In this document: in pieces, positions 10,741-19,776 of the stretch
How positions within the stretch are numbered: the first letter of the stretch is position 1
Layout of the letters: every line of letters starts with the position of its first letter
Source: an uncultured Actinomycetota bacterium
GTDB taxonomy: Bacteria; Actinomycetota; Actinomycetes; Propionibacteriales; Nocardioidaceae
Assembly (NCBI GenBank): GCA_963781515.1
Contig: CAWAGL010000008.1
Coordinates: 179,488-243,487 of the forward strand
Length of the DNA stretch: 64,000 nt
Direction of reading: 5' to 3'
Translations under genes and position numbers: made by a program
Notes under the pieces: generated by a model
The model's database searches: none
What the model was told of the DNA's origin: nothing
Seen by the model: only the letters and a program-made list of their open reading frames with translations

Positions 10741-11286
10741 TCACCCGAGCAGGCGCGTCAGGGCGGCGTACGTCGCGTCGACCTCGCCCTCCGGAGCCGT
10801 CAGCACCGACGCCTCGGGGCGCAGACGGGCCAGCTCGCGGAGCTGCCCGGCATACCGCTCGACGGCGTCGTCGCCCCCGTGCGCCTCGACCACCGTCATC
10901 GACGCGGCGGTCCAGGCGTCCCGTCCGGCCCGCCGGCGCCAGCGGTCGCGCAGCGAGGCGTCCGGGGCGTCGACGAGGACCAGGACCACCCGCGCGCCGA
11001 GGCCCAGCGCGACCTGATCGAAGCGCTCCTGCTCCTGGGCCCGGACGATGAGCTGGGGCAGCACGACGTCGTGACCGCCGGCCAGGTGTGCGGACATCAT
11101 CGCCAGGGCCACCGGACGGATCAGCTCACCGGTCCCGGAGAAGTCCTCCCGCCAGCCCCCGACCATCGTGCGCAGCACGTCGATGTCGCAGTTCAGGGTG
11201 CCCGGGTGGCCGGCCGCCCAACGGGCCGCGAGCGTCGACTTCCCCACGCCCGGCGGGCCGTTGAGGTGGATGAGACGGGCGGTCAC
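10741..11286 (-). CDS. P-loop NTPase / small-molecule kinase-like protein (AAA family ATPase annotation type)
   Basis: Walker A motif LNGPPGVGKSTLA at the N-terminus. At 181 aa it is in the size range of the chloramphenicol-phosphotransferase / zeta-like kinase fold. 4-nt overlap with the upstream GNAT-CM gene. Confidence 0.65.
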   Translation of the reverse strand: MTARLIHLNGPPGVGKSTLAARWAAGHPGTLNCDIDVLRTMVGGWREDFSGTGELIRPVALAMMSAHLAGGHDVVLPQLIVRAQEQERFDQVALGLGARVVLVLVDAPDASLRDRWRRRAGRDAWTAASMTVVEAHGGDDAVERYAGQLRELARLRPEASVLTAPEGEVDATYAALTRLLG

Positions 11287-11987
11287 CGGTCGGTGGCGTC
11301 GAGCGACTCGGTGATGACGACGTCCATGATCCGGGCGATCCGCTCGGCGCCCAGCTCGGGCGCGTTGCCGGCCATCCGCTCGGCGATCTCACGCTCCCGG
11401 ACGGCGTCACGTCCCTCGCGGGTCTTGTGCGGTTGCACGACGCGGGTCAGCGCGACCCGCCGGGAGAGCAGGTCGGCGATCTGGTCGTCCACCTCGTCGA
11501 TCATCCAGCGGTAGAACCCGACCGCGTCGGTGCCCGGCCAGGCCATCTTGATGTCGGGCGAGCGTTCCTCGTTGCCCCAGCCGTCGGTGCGCTCGAGCTC
11601 GACGAGCCCGTGTCGCCGGTAGAAGTCACGCGCGGGGGTGTTGGACTCGAACACCCACAGCGCGAAGCCGTCGTCGAGCCGGGCCTTGACCAGGTCGAGC
11701 AGAGCGGTGCCGACACCACCGCGCTGCGCCGACGGGTCGACGTACAGGGAGTTCAGCCAGTGCGGGGTGAGGTTGACGAAGCCGACGAGCCGGTCACCGG
11801 CGAAGGCCAGCCAGACCTCGCGCAGGTGCAGGCTCCAGTCGCCCACCCAGCCGCGCACGTCGTCGTCGTCGTGCGCCAGCGGCGGCATCAGCGGCTCGGC
11901 GGCCTTGCGCACGAGCAGGTAGAGCTCGGCGACGGCCGGCAGGTCGTCGCGCGTGGCGCGCCGGATCGTCAGGTCGGGATCAGCCAT
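11283..11987 (-). CDS. GNAT N-acetyltransferase fused to an AroQ-type chorismate mutase-like domain
   Basis: The N-terminal ~150 aa is a GNAT fold (RRATRDDLPAVAELY...QRGGVGTALL...ARDFYRRHG). The C-terminal ~80 aa aligns by eye to EcCM-type chorismate mutase helices (IDEVDDQIADLLSRRVALTRVVQPHK...RDAVREREIAERM...VITES). Confidence 0.7.
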   Translation of the reverse strand: MADPDLTIRRATRDDLPAVAELYLLVRKAAEPLMPPLAHDDDDVRGWVGDWSLHLREVWLAFAGDRLVGFVNLTPHWLNSLYVDPSAQRGGVGTALLDLVKARLDDGFALWVFESNTPARDFYRRHGLVELERTDGWGNEERSPDIKMAWPGTDAVGFYRWMIDEVDDQIADLLSRRVALTRVVQPHKTREGRDAVREREIAERMAGNAPELGAERIARIMDVVITESLDATDR

Positions 11988-12005
11988 GCACGTCCTCCGG
12001 TGGCC

Positions 12006-12944
12006 TCAGTCGGAGTTCCGGATGACCTCGAGCGCATGCGCCAGGTCATCGGGATGCGACGACTCGTACTCGACGTACTCCCCGGAGTCGGGGTGCTCGA
12101 AGCCGAGCTTCACCGCGTGCAGCCACTGGCGCTCCAGCCCCACCCGAGCGGCGAGCGTCGGGTCGGCGCCGTAGGTGATGTCACCCACGCACGGGTGCTT
12201 GAGCGCCGCCATGTGCACCCGGATCTGGTGGGTGCGGCCGGTCTCCAGATGCACCTCGAGCAGGCTGGCGTACCGATGCGCCTCCAGCGTCGAGTAGTGG
12301 GTGACGCTGTTGCGGCCGTCGGCCATGACCGCGAACTTGTAGTCGTGGCGCGGGTGCCGCCCGATGGGGGCGTCGACGGTGCCCTCGTGCGGGTCGGGGT
12401 GACCCTGCACGAGCGCGTGGTAGGTCTTGTCGACGGTGCGGTGGCGGAAGGCGTTCTTGAGCACCGAGTAGGCGCGCTCGGACTTGGTGATCACCATGAC
12501 CCCCGACGTGCCCACATCGAGGCGCTGCACGATGCCCTGGCGCTCGGAGGCGCCGCTGGTGGCGATCCGGAAGCCCGCCCCGGCGAGGTGCCCGACGACC
12601 GTCGGACCGGACCAACCCGGCGAAGGGTGTACGGCGACCCCGACGGGCTTGTCGATCACCACGATCGAGTCGTCGTCGTGGATGATCTTGATGCCCTCCA
12701 CGATCTCGGCCCTGATCTCGAGCGGGTCGACCTCGACCGGGATGGCGACGTCGAGCACCGAGCCGGTGTGCACCCGGTCGCTCTTGCCCACGGGCCCGCC
12801 GTCGAGCTGGACGTGGCCCTGGCTGATCAGGTCGGCCGCACGGGTGCGCGAGAACCCGAACATCCTGGCCATCGCGGCGTCGACGCGCTCGCCGGCCAGG
12901 CCCTCGGGCACGAGCACGGTGCGGTGGTCGGCGAAGGTGCTCAC
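12006..12944 (-). CDS. rluD: RluA-family 23S rRNA pseudouridine synthase (RluD-like)
   Basis: S4-like N-terminus ([22 protein letters not shown]) and the catalytic [12 protein letters not shown] motif. GTG start overlaps the lspA stop (GTGA). Confidence 0.9.
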   Translation of the reverse strand: MSTFADHRTVLVPEGLAGERVDAAMARMFGFSRTRAADLISQGHVQLDGGPVGKSDRVHTGSVLDVAIPVEVDPLEIRAEIVEGIKIIHDDDSIVVIDKPVGVAVHPSPGWSGPTVVGHLAGAGFRIATSGASERQGIVQRLDVGTSGVMVITKSERAYSVLKNAFRHRTVDKTYHALVQGHPDPHEGTVDAPIGRHPRHDYKFAVMADGRNSVTHYSTLEAHRYASLLEVHLETGRTHQIRVHMAALKHPCVGDITYGADPTLAARVGLERQWLHAVKLGFEHPDSGEYVEYESSHPDDLAHALEVIRNSD

Positions 12945-13552
12945 GAGGTGGCCCCACCGGGCTGGTCAGCGGGGTCTGCGGGCTCGTTGCGCTCACGCGA
13001 ACCGTTGAGCGCGATGCCCCGGAACGTCTGCAGGATGATCAGCACGGCCGCGACGTTGATGCAGACGTCGGCGACGTTGAAGACCGGCCAGTTGGGCAGC
13101 TGCAGGAAGTCGACGACGTAGCCGCGCATCGGTCCCGGCTCCCGGAAGAGCCGGTCGGTGAGGTTGCCGCCGACACCGGCGAGCAGCAGTCCGAAGGCCA
13201 CCGCCCACAGGCCGTCGCGCACCCGGAGGCTGAACCCCAGCACGAGGAAGACCGCGACGATGGCGAGGCACGAGAGCAGCACGGTGTACTCGGTGCCGGT
13301 CGAGAAGGCCGCACCCGGGTTGAACGTGAGGTGCAGCGTGAGCACGTCACCGACGAGCGCACGGTCGCGGCCACCGTCGAGCGCGCCGACGGCCCAGGTC
13401 TTGGTGCCGAGGTCGACCGCGTAGCCGATCAGCGCGGTGACGGGGAAGAGCCACCACAGGCTGCGCCCCGGTGACGTGGACGCCGCCGGAGCTGACTCGG
13501 CGTGGTCGCTGGTGTTCAGCGACGCTCCTCCCGTTGCTTGCATGGCAGGCAC
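12941..13552 (-). CDS. lspA: lipoprotein signal peptidase II
   Basis: Four TM helices plus the conserved GGNLTDR and FNVADVCI blocks. The start is uncertain (ATG at 13552 or 13543); both overlap the 3' end of the upstream gene. Confidence 0.85.
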   Translation of the reverse strand: MPAMQATGGASLNTSDHAESAPAASTSPGRSLWWLFPVTALIGYAVDLGTKTWAVGALDGGRDRALVGDVLTLHLTFNPGAAFSTGTEYTVLLSCLAIVAVFLVLGFSLRVRDGLWAVAFGLLLAGVGGNLTDRLFREPGPMRGYVVDFLQLPNWPVFNVADVCINVAAVLIILQTFRGIALNGSRERNEPADPADQPGGATS

Positions 13553-14325
13553 AGTGTGGCACGGGGGAACGCCATGACCCGCATCTTGCCGATGGGCTCC
13601 CCGCAGGCCTCGCAGACGCCGTAGGTGCCGTCGTCGATGCGCCCAAGGGCCCGGTCGATCTGCGCCAGCATCTCCCGCTCGTTGTTGACGACGGTGAGCT
13701 CGTGGTCGCGTTCGAAGCTGGTCGCGCCCATGTCGGCCTGGTCGTGCCCGGCGCCGTCGCCGGCGTCCCGCATGAGACCTTCGAGCTCGCGCTCCTGCTC
13801 CTCCAGGAGGGTGACCAGGCGGTCGCGGTGCTCGTGCAGATCGACGAGGACCTCCTTGAGCTCGGCCTTCGACCAGGCGCTCTCGCCCTCCTTGACCGCC
13901 AGCGAGCCGGCCGATGCCTTGCGCGGCGCGGCCTTCTTGACCGGCGCCTTCGTGGCGGACGTCTTGCGAGCGGCCGCGTCGCGCTTGGGCACGACGACCT
14001 TGGCAGGTGCGGCCGCCTTCTTGGCAGCCGTCTTGGCCGGCGCGGGCTTCTTCACGGGGACAACCTTCTTTGCGGGCGCGGCCTTCTTGGCCGGCGCAGC
14101 CTTCTTGGTGGGGGCGTGCTTCTTGACCGGTGCGGCCTTCTTGGCCGGTGCGGCCTTCTTGGCCGGTGCGGCCTTCTTGGCCGGTGCGGCCTTCTTGACC
14201 GGTGCGGCCTTCTTGGCGGGTGCGGCCTTCTTGGCGGCGGGGGTGGCAGCCGGCTTCAGGCCGACGATCTTCCTGGCCGCGGCGGCCGCCGTACCCGTCA
14301 ACGACTTGCGCGTACTGCGAGCCAC
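13516..14325 (-). CDS. DksA/TraR C4 zinc-finger protein with lysine/alanine/proline-rich (histone H1-like) N-terminal tail
   Basis: The C-terminus [29 protein letters not shown] is a TraR/DksA zinc finger, preceded by a coiled coil. The N-terminal half is PAKKAA repeats. I prefer GTG at 14325, which sits 5 nt after GAGGGGG, over the ORF-track start at 14370. Confidence 0.75.
   Translation of the reverse strand: MARSTRKSLTGTAAAAARKIVGLKPAATPAAKKAAPAKKAAPVKKAAPAKKAAPAKKAAPAKKAAPVKKHAPTKKAAPAKKAAPAKKVVPVKKPAPAKTAAKKAAAPAKVVVPKRDAAARKTSATKAPVKKAAPRKASAGSLAVKEGESAWSKAELKEVLVDLHEHRDRLVTLLEEQERELEGLMRDAGDGAGHDQADMGATSFERDHELTVVNNEREMLAQIDRALGRIDDGTYGVCEACGEPIGKMRVMAFPRATLCLPCKQREERR
14127..14234. 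repeat. 18-bp tandem repeat, about 6 copies (ccggtgcggccttcttgg), encoding the PAKKAA units
   Basis: Near-identical 18-mers read directly in lines 14101-14221. More degenerate copies extend back to about 14040. Confidence 0.9.
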
Positions 14326-14425
14326 GAGAGCCCCCTCATGAGGAAAAGAAAAAGATGCGGCCGCTGCCACATGCTGGCAGGGAGGATAGCCCTTCCCCCA
14401 AGCGCTGCCCAGCAGCCTCGCCGTA

Positions 14426-14462
14426 CGACGACGGCCGGCCCCGAAGGGACCGGCCGTCGTCG
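14426..14462 (-). terminator. strong GC hairpin downstream of divIVA (possible terminator or RNA stabiliser)
   Basis: Perfect 13-bp stem CGACGACGGCCGG / CCGGCCGTCGTCG around the loop CCCCGAAGGGA, about 20 nt after the divIVA stop. No U-tract follows, so an intrinsic-terminator function is unproven. Confidence 0.45.
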
Positions 14463-14480
14463 AACGGGTGATGCGGGTGC

Positions 14481-15266
14481 TCAGGCCTCGTCGTCGCCGA
14501 GGATCGAGCGGAGCCGCTTGGGCGCGGACACCTCTCCCCCGGGGCCCGCGGGGCCGCCGACACCCGTGGCGGGCGCGTCGCTCTCGGTGTTGCCGTCGAG
14601 AGCGGCGAGCTGCTGGGTGAAGTAGCTCTTGAGGCGGGAGCGGTACTCGCGCTCGAACGAGCGGAGGTTCTCGACCTCGACGTTGAGCTTGTCGCGCTCC
14701 TTCTCGAGGTCACCGAACATCTGCTGGCGACGCTCAGCGGTCTCCGAGTCGAGCATCTGCGAACGCTGGCGGGCGTCGGCCTCGAGGCGGTCGGACTTGC
14801 CCTTCGACTCCGACTCCAGGCGCTCGGCCTTGGTGCGGGCGGAGCCGACGATCTTGTCGGCCTCCTCCTTGGCCTCGTCGATCAGCTCGTCGGCGTTGCG
14901 GGTCGCGATCTCGAGCAGGCGCGCGGCGGCGTTCGACGCCTGCGGCATCGTCTGCACCCGCACGGTCTCGACCGCAGCAGGTGCGGCGGCCGCGGCCGCG
15001 ACGGGCGCAGCGGCCTCCTTCACCGGCTCCGGCTCCTTGGCGGGCTCGGGCGCCTTCTCCTCCGCGCGCGCAGCAGCGGGCGTCGGGGAGCCGGAGACCT
15101 GGGCCGAGGAGAGCTTGTCCCGCAGGTCGCTGTTCTCCTTGGTGAGGCGAGCCAGCTCGGCCTCCACCTCGTCGAGGAACTGGTCGACCTCCCCCATGTC
15201 GTACCCCTCGCGGAGCCGGACGGGAGTAAAGCGCTTCAGGCTCACGTCCTCAGGCGTCAGCGGCAT
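14481..15266 (-). CDS. divIVA: DivIVA/Wag31 polar growth and division protein
   Basis: MPLTPEDVSLKRFTPVRLREGYDMGEVDQFLDEVEAELARL is the canonical DivIVA N-terminus, followed by coiled coils. I chose the ATG at 15266; the ORF track starts 4 codons earlier. Confidence 0.9.
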   Translation of the reverse strand: MPLTPEDVSLKRFTPVRLREGYDMGEVDQFLDEVEAELARLTKENSDLRDKLSSAQVSGSPTPAAARAEEKAPEPAKEPEPVKEAAAPVAAAAAAPAAVETVRVQTMPQASNAAARLLEIATRNADELIDEAKEEADKIVGSARTKAERLESESKGKSDRLEADARQRSQMLDSETAERRQQMFGDLEKERDKLNVEVENLRSFEREYRSRLKSYFTQQLAALDGNTESDAPATGVGGPAGPGGEVSAPKRLRSILGDDEA

Positions 15267-15360
15267 GACCTCACCCATTCGTCTAGTCGGCAGTTCGTCT
15301 GTCGTGGGAACAATAGCGCCACCCGTGCGCAGGTGGTTAGTGACCCATGGGGCTGCTGGG

Positions 15361-15654
15361 TCAACCGAAGAACACCATGACCACGACCTGCAGCAGCAGC
15401 CAGGCCACGATCATGACGACCAGGAAGCTGAGGTCGAGCGCGATGGAGCCGATCCGGAGCGTGGGCAGCCACCGGCGGACCAGCTTGATCGGCGGATCCG
15501 TCAGTGAGTAGACGACCTCGAGGATGACCAGCAGCGGCCCGCCGGGGCGCCAGTTGCGCGCGAAGACCTGCACCCAGTCGATGATGAAGCGCACCCACAG
15601 CAGGGCGATGAAGAACCAGAGGATCCCGTAGAGGATCTGACCGACGAGCAGCAC
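15361..15654 (-). CDS. yggT: YggT family membrane protein
   Basis: 97 aa with two TM segments and a YggT-like text (FIIDWVQVF...LTDPPIKLVRR). It sits at the conserved position between sepF and divIVA. Confidence 0.85.
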   Translation of the reverse strand: MLLVGQILYGILWFFIALLWVRFIIDWVQVFARNWRPGGPLLVILEVVYSLTDPPIKLVRRWLPTLRIGSIALDLSFLVVMIVAWLLLQVVVMVFFG

Positions 15655-15659
15655 CGCGA

Positions 15660-16136
15660 TCAGCTCTGGTTGAAGAAGCCGCCCTCAGCGATGCGCTCCT
15701 TGTCCTCGGCGGCCACCGTGACGTTGGGAGGCGAGAGCAGGAACACCTTGTTGGTGACGCGCTCGATGCTTCCACGGGTGGCGAACACCAGACCGGCAGC
15801 GAAGTCGACCAGACGCTTGGCGTCGGAGTCGTCCATCTCGGAGAGGTTCATGATCACTGGCGTGCCGTCGCGGAAGTTCTCGCCGACGGTGCGGGCTTCG
15901 TTGTAGGTGCTGGGATGCAAGGTCGTGATGCGGCTCAACTCGGCTACCACTCCAGCGGTCGGGACCGAGGCCGGACGACGGCGCTCGGACAGGTCGGAAA
16001 CAGGGGCGGGACGACGGTCGACCTGCTCGTGTGACGAGGTCACGTCATCGTTGGCCTCGCCGGTGTACTCGTCGTACCGACCGGTGTCCTCGAGCAGGCC
16101 GAGGTACTCGCCGATCCTGCGCATCGCGCCGCTCAT
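15660..16136 (-). CDS. sepF: cell division protein SepF
   Basis: ORF 15660..17021 trimmed to the ATG at 16136 ([17 protein letters not shown]...), which is preceded by GGAGGAAAC. The C-terminal SepF core is present ([24 protein letters not shown]). Confidence 0.9.
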   Translation of the reverse strand: MSGAMRRIGEYLGLLEDTGRYDEYTGEANDDVTSSHEQVDRRPAPVSDLSERRRPASVPTAGVVAELSRITTLHPSTYNEARTVGENFRDGTPVIMNLSEMDDSDAKRLVDFAAGLVFATRGSIERVTNKVFLLSPPNVTVAAEDKERIAEGGFFNQS

Positions 16137-16195
16137 GACAGTTTCCTCCGGTACGTCGTGGCGCCCGCTGCGGGCACCGTCGTCTGATTGCGACA

Positions 16196-16900
16196 CTACA
16201 AGACGGTGGGCCTCGGACCGAGCACCGCCGAGCCGACACGCACGTGTGTCGCGCCGTGTCTGATGGCCGCCTCGAGGTCGCCGCTCATGCCTGCCGAGAG
16301 CTGGGTCGCGTCGGGGTGCTGGGCGAGCAGCTCGGCCCGGACGCCGGCCAGCCGCGCGAACGCGGTGTCGGGGTCCTCGCCGAGTGGCGCGACCGCCATG
16401 ATCCCCCTCAGCCGCAGGGCCCCGCACTCCCCCACCCGCGCCGCCAACGGAGCCAGCTGCGCCGGGTCGGCGCCGGCGCGCCCGGCGCTGCCGGGCGGGT
16501 CGAGGCTCACCTGGAGGAGTACGTCGACGCGACCGCCCCGATCGTGCGCGCCGCGTTGCAGACCGGTCACCAGCTTGGCCCGGTCGACCGACTCGACCAC
16601 GTCGGCGTAGCCGGCCACGGCCGCGGCCTTGTTGCTCTGCAGCCCACCGATGAAGTGCCAGCGCAGACCGAGGTCGGCACAGTCGTGCGCCTTCTGCTGG
16701 GCCTCCTGGTGGCGGTTCTCGCCGACGTCGGTCACGCCGAGGTCGGCCAGGATGCGCACGTCGCCGGGCGGGAAGTACTTGGTCACCACGACCAGCCCGG
16801 CCGGCTCGTCGGCCCCGGCCGCCTCGCTGGCGGTCTCGATGCGACGGCGTACGGCGGCGAGGCCGGCGGCGATCTCGTCTGCGCGGCTCACGACATCCAC
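16196..16900 (-). CDS. yggS: YggS-family pyridoxal-phosphate homeostasis protein
   Basis: [31 protein letters not shown] carries the PLP-lysine block. An alternative GTG start at 16891 would give a GTGA overlap with the pgeF stop. Confidence 0.85.
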   Translation of the reverse strand: MDVVSRADEIAAGLAAVRRRIETASEAAGADEPAGLVVVTKYFPPGDVRILADLGVTDVGENRHQEAQQKAHDCADLGLRWHFIGGLQSNKAAAVAGYADVVESVDRAKLVTGLQRGAHDRGGRVDVLLQVSLDPPGSAGRAGADPAQLAPLAARVGECGALRLRGIMAVAPLGEDPDTAFARLAGVRAELLAQHPDATQLSAGMSGDLEAAIRHGATHVRVGSAVLGPRPTVL

Positions 16901-17568
16901 ACCAGTCCGGCCAGCCGGCCGGAGGCGGCGCCGTCGCGACGGTAGGAGTGCAGCCCGGCATCCTCGCGGGTGCAGCCGCCGACCTCGACGACCTCGACAC
17001 CGGCGCGGTCGAGCTGGGCACGCACCCCGGCCCCGATGTCGACCGACGGCGTGCCCCAGGTGGTGGTGGCGTGGGACTCCGGGACGACCGCCGTCACCTC
17101 GTCGCGCAGCTGCTCGGGCACCTCGTAGCAGCCGCCGCAGACGTGTGGTCCGAGCCAGCCCACGATGGTGCGTGCGCCGTGCTCGCGCATCACCTCGACG
17201 GTGCGGGTGACGATGTCGAGGACCATCCCGGGCCGGCCCGCGTGCACCACCGCGATGACCCCGGCGTCGGGGTCGGCGAGCACGACGGGCACGCAGTCTG
17301 CGACCCGGATCATCAGGCCCAGCCGCGGCGTCGTGGTCACCAGGGCGTCACCGGTGGGCACCGCGTCGAGGGGCATCGGCTCGTCGACGACGACGACGGT
17401 GTCCCCGTGCACCTGGTCGAGCCGGGCGAACCGCCCGCCCGTCTGGGCCTCCAGCCGCTCCAGGAGCTCGGGGAACCCCGGCCGGAGGCCCTGCAGGTCG
17501 ACGGAGGAATCGGTGAAGGCGACGTCCACGTGGACGTCGCCTTCCCGGGTGTCGCGGAACCAGAACAC
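16888..17568 (-). CDS. pgeF: peptidoglycan editing factor PgeF / YfiH laccase-domain protein
   Basis: [29 protein letters not shown] and CGGCYEV blocks are typical of the YfiH/PgeF family. The gene lies directly downstream of ftsZ. Confidence 0.85.
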   Translation of the reverse strand: MFWFRDTREGDVHVDVAFTDSSVDLQGLRPGFPELLERLEAQTGGRFARLDQVHGDTVVVVDEPMPLDAVPTGDALVTTTPRLGLMIRVADCVPVVLADPDAGVIAVVHAGRPGMVLDIVTRTVEVMREHGARTIVGWLGPHVCGGCYEVPEQLRDEVTAVVPESHATTTWGTPSVDIGAGVRAQLDRAGVEVVEVGGCTREDAGLHSYRRDGAASGRLAGLVWMS

Positions 17569-17572
17569 GTGC

Positions 17573-18784
17573 CTACTTCAGGAAGTCGGGGATGTCGAGG
17601 TCGTCGTCGTCGAACTGCACCGGCCGGGCCTGGCGGACCGGCGCGGCCGGCGTGACGGGTGCGGCCGGCTCGGAGGATCGAGCGGGCGCCTGGGACTGGG
17701 TCGCACCGACCGACGCGGGCTGGCGGACCTCGGGACGCTGGGTCGCGGCTGCCTGGACGGCGGCTCGGGTCTCGGCCTGGGTCTGGGTCTGCTGGGTGGG
17801 GCGACGCAGCCCCGACTCACCCTCGCGGCGCTTGGGCATGCCGCCGTCGAAGCCGGCCGCGATGACGGTCACCCGGACCTCGTCGCCGAGGGCGTCGTCG
17901 ATGGTGGCACCGAAGATGATGTTGGCCTCGGGGTGTGCCGAGTCGGACACCAGGGCGGCCGCCTCGTTGATCTCGAAGAGGCCCAGGTCGGAGCCGCCGG
18001 CGATCGAGAGCAGCACGCCGTGCGCACCGTCGATGCTCGCCTCGAGCAGCGGGCTCGAGACGGCCTGCTCGGCGGCCATCACCGAGCGGTCCTCGCCCCG
18101 GGCCGAGCCGATGCCCATCAGGGCGGAGCCGGCGTTGGCCATGACCGACTTCACGTCGGCGAAGTCGAGGTTGATCAGGCCGGGGGTCGTGATCAGGTCG
18201 GTGATGCCCGAGACACCCTGGAGCAGCACCTGGTCGGCCTGCTTGAAGGCGTCGAGCACCGAGACGCTGCGGTCGCTGATGGAGAGCAGCCGGTCGTTGG
18301 GGATCACGATGAGGGTGTCGACCTCCTCGCGGAGCTGGGAGATGCCCTCCTCGGCGGAGTTGGCGCGGCGGCGTCCCTCGAAGGCGAACGGGCGGGTCAC
18401 GACGCCGATGGTCAGGGCGCCCAGCGAGCGGGCGATGCGGGCCACGATCGGCGCGCCGCCGGTGCCGGTGCCGCCGCCCTCGCCTGCGGTCACGAAGACC
18501 ATGTCGGCGCCCTTCATGACCTCCTCGATCTCGTCGGCGTGGTCCTCGGCGGCCTGGGCACCCACGTCGGGGTTGGCGCCGGCACCGAGTCCGCGGGTGA
18601 GCTCTCGGCCGATGTCGAGCTTGACGTCGGCGTCGCTCATGAGAAGGGCTTGGGCGTCGGTGTTGATGGCGATGAACTCCACGCCCTTGAGACCGACCTC
18701 GATCATCCGGTTGACGGCGTTGACTCCACCACCACCGATGCCCACGACCTTGATGATGGCCAGGTAGTTCTGCGCTGCTGCCAC
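17573..18784 (-). CDS. ftsZ: cell division GTPase FtsZ
   Basis: [17 protein letters not shown] and the tubulin signature [10 protein letters not shown]. The C-terminal [11 protein letters not shown] tail is present. I prefer GTG at 18784 ([13 protein letters not shown]); the ORF track begins at 18826. Confidence 0.93.
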   Translation of the reverse strand: MAAAQNYLAIIKVVGIGGGGVNAVNRMIEVGLKGVEFIAINTDAQALLMSDADVKLDIGRELTRGLGAGANPDVGAQAAEDHADEIEEVMKGADMVFVTAGEGGGTGTGGAPIVARIARSLGALTIGVVTRPFAFEGRRRANSAEEGISQLREEVDTLIVIPNDRLLSISDRSVSVLDAFKQADQVLLQGVSGITDLITTPGLINLDFADVKSVMANAGSALMGIGSARGEDRSVMAAEQAVSSPLLEASIDGAHGVLLSIAGGSDLGLFEINEAAALVSDSAHPEANIIFGATIDDALGDEVRVTVIAAGFDGGMPKRREGESGLRRPTQQTQTQAETRAAVQAAATQRPEVRQPASVGATQSQAPARSSEPAAPVTPAAPVRQARPVQFDDDDLDIPDFLK

Positions 18785-19008
18785 GGTTGGTGCGCCTCTT
18801 TCCGTGTTTCGGGTCCGGTGCGTCACCGGACGTGGGGGTGGTTTCGCTTGGTGGGGAAGCGGTGTGCGTCGTCGTGCTGGTGCGGGGCCGGAACTCTAAC
18901 CGTGAACCTGAGGGTTATAGTTATGTCAACCTCGCGTTGGTCATGACAGTAGGGACGGCGCCACCCTGAGCTCGTCAGACACGCCGGGAGCGTCGCGACT
19001 TTGCGGGT

Positions 19009-19776
19009 TTATCTCGCGGTGTCGCTCGTGACGGGCTGGCCCGGGACGCTCACGTCGTAGACCTTGGCCTCCCGTGCCTGGAGGAGCGCCGCGAGCACGC
19101 TGGCCTTCTCGTCGGACTCCTCGGCGCTCCCCCATTCGACCCGGCGCTCGTCTCGGAGCACCAGCGCGATCTTGTCGACCGTCTCGACCTCGACGTGGTC
19201 GACCCGGTCGGCCAGGTCGGGCGGCAGGGAGGAGATGACGCGCGCCGCCTCGCGCAGCGCGTCACGGTTGGCGGTGGGGAGCACCTGCACCCGGGGCAGG
19301 CCCTCGGGAGGGCGCTGGTAGTCGCGGAAGACGACACCGTCGCCGTCCATGCCCCGCCACCGGCCACCCAGGTCGGCGACCGCGACGACCTGGCGCTCGA
19401 CGACGCGGACCTCGACGCCGTCGGGCCAGTGCCGCGTCACGTCGGCGGACTTCACCGCGGCCAGCGCCTCGACCCGCGTCCGCGCGGCGGTGAGGTCGAG
19501 CACGGCCAGCTGCTCGCCCTCGGGCACGGCGGCGGCACGCCTGACCTCGCGCTCGCTGAGGATGTCGGCTCCTGTCACCGAGACCGACTTGACCGCGAGC
19601 ACGGAGGAGAAGAACACCAGCCAGACGGCGGACCCGGCGACCGCGAGCAGCACCACGACGGCCAGCACGTAGCGCCACGTCAGCCACCGGCGCGCCCACT
19701 GGCGTCGCGCGAACCGCCGGCGGGTGCGCTCGCGGCCCTTGTCGCGCGGCGGGGCGGCTCCCCCACGGGCGCTCAT
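19009..19776 (-). CDS. ftsQ: cell division protein FtsQ (POTRA domain)
   Basis: Basic N-terminus, one TM helix, then a POTRA-like region (VKSVSVTGADILSEREV). The ATG overlaps the murC stop. Confidence 0.85.
   Translation of the reverse strand: MSARGGAAPPRDKGRERTRRRFARRQWARRWLTWRYVLAVVVLLAVAGSAVWLVFFSSVLAVKSVSVTGADILSEREVRRAAAVPEGEQLAVLDLTAARTRVEALAAVKSADVTRHWPDGVEVRVVERQVVAVADLGGRWRGMDGDGVVFRDYQRPPEGLPRVQVLPTANRDALREAARVISSLPPDLADRVDHVEVETVDKIALVLRDERRVEWGSAEESDEKASVLAALLQAREAKVYDVSVPGQPVTSDTAR

Noticed and set aside
13625-14341. The 238-aa plus-strand ORF rich in A/F/L/G, and the sibling ORF 13471..14625.
   Set aside because: They are mirror images of the PAKKAA repeat region of the DksA/TraR gene. 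Their repetitiveness simply reflects the 18-bp DNA repeat.
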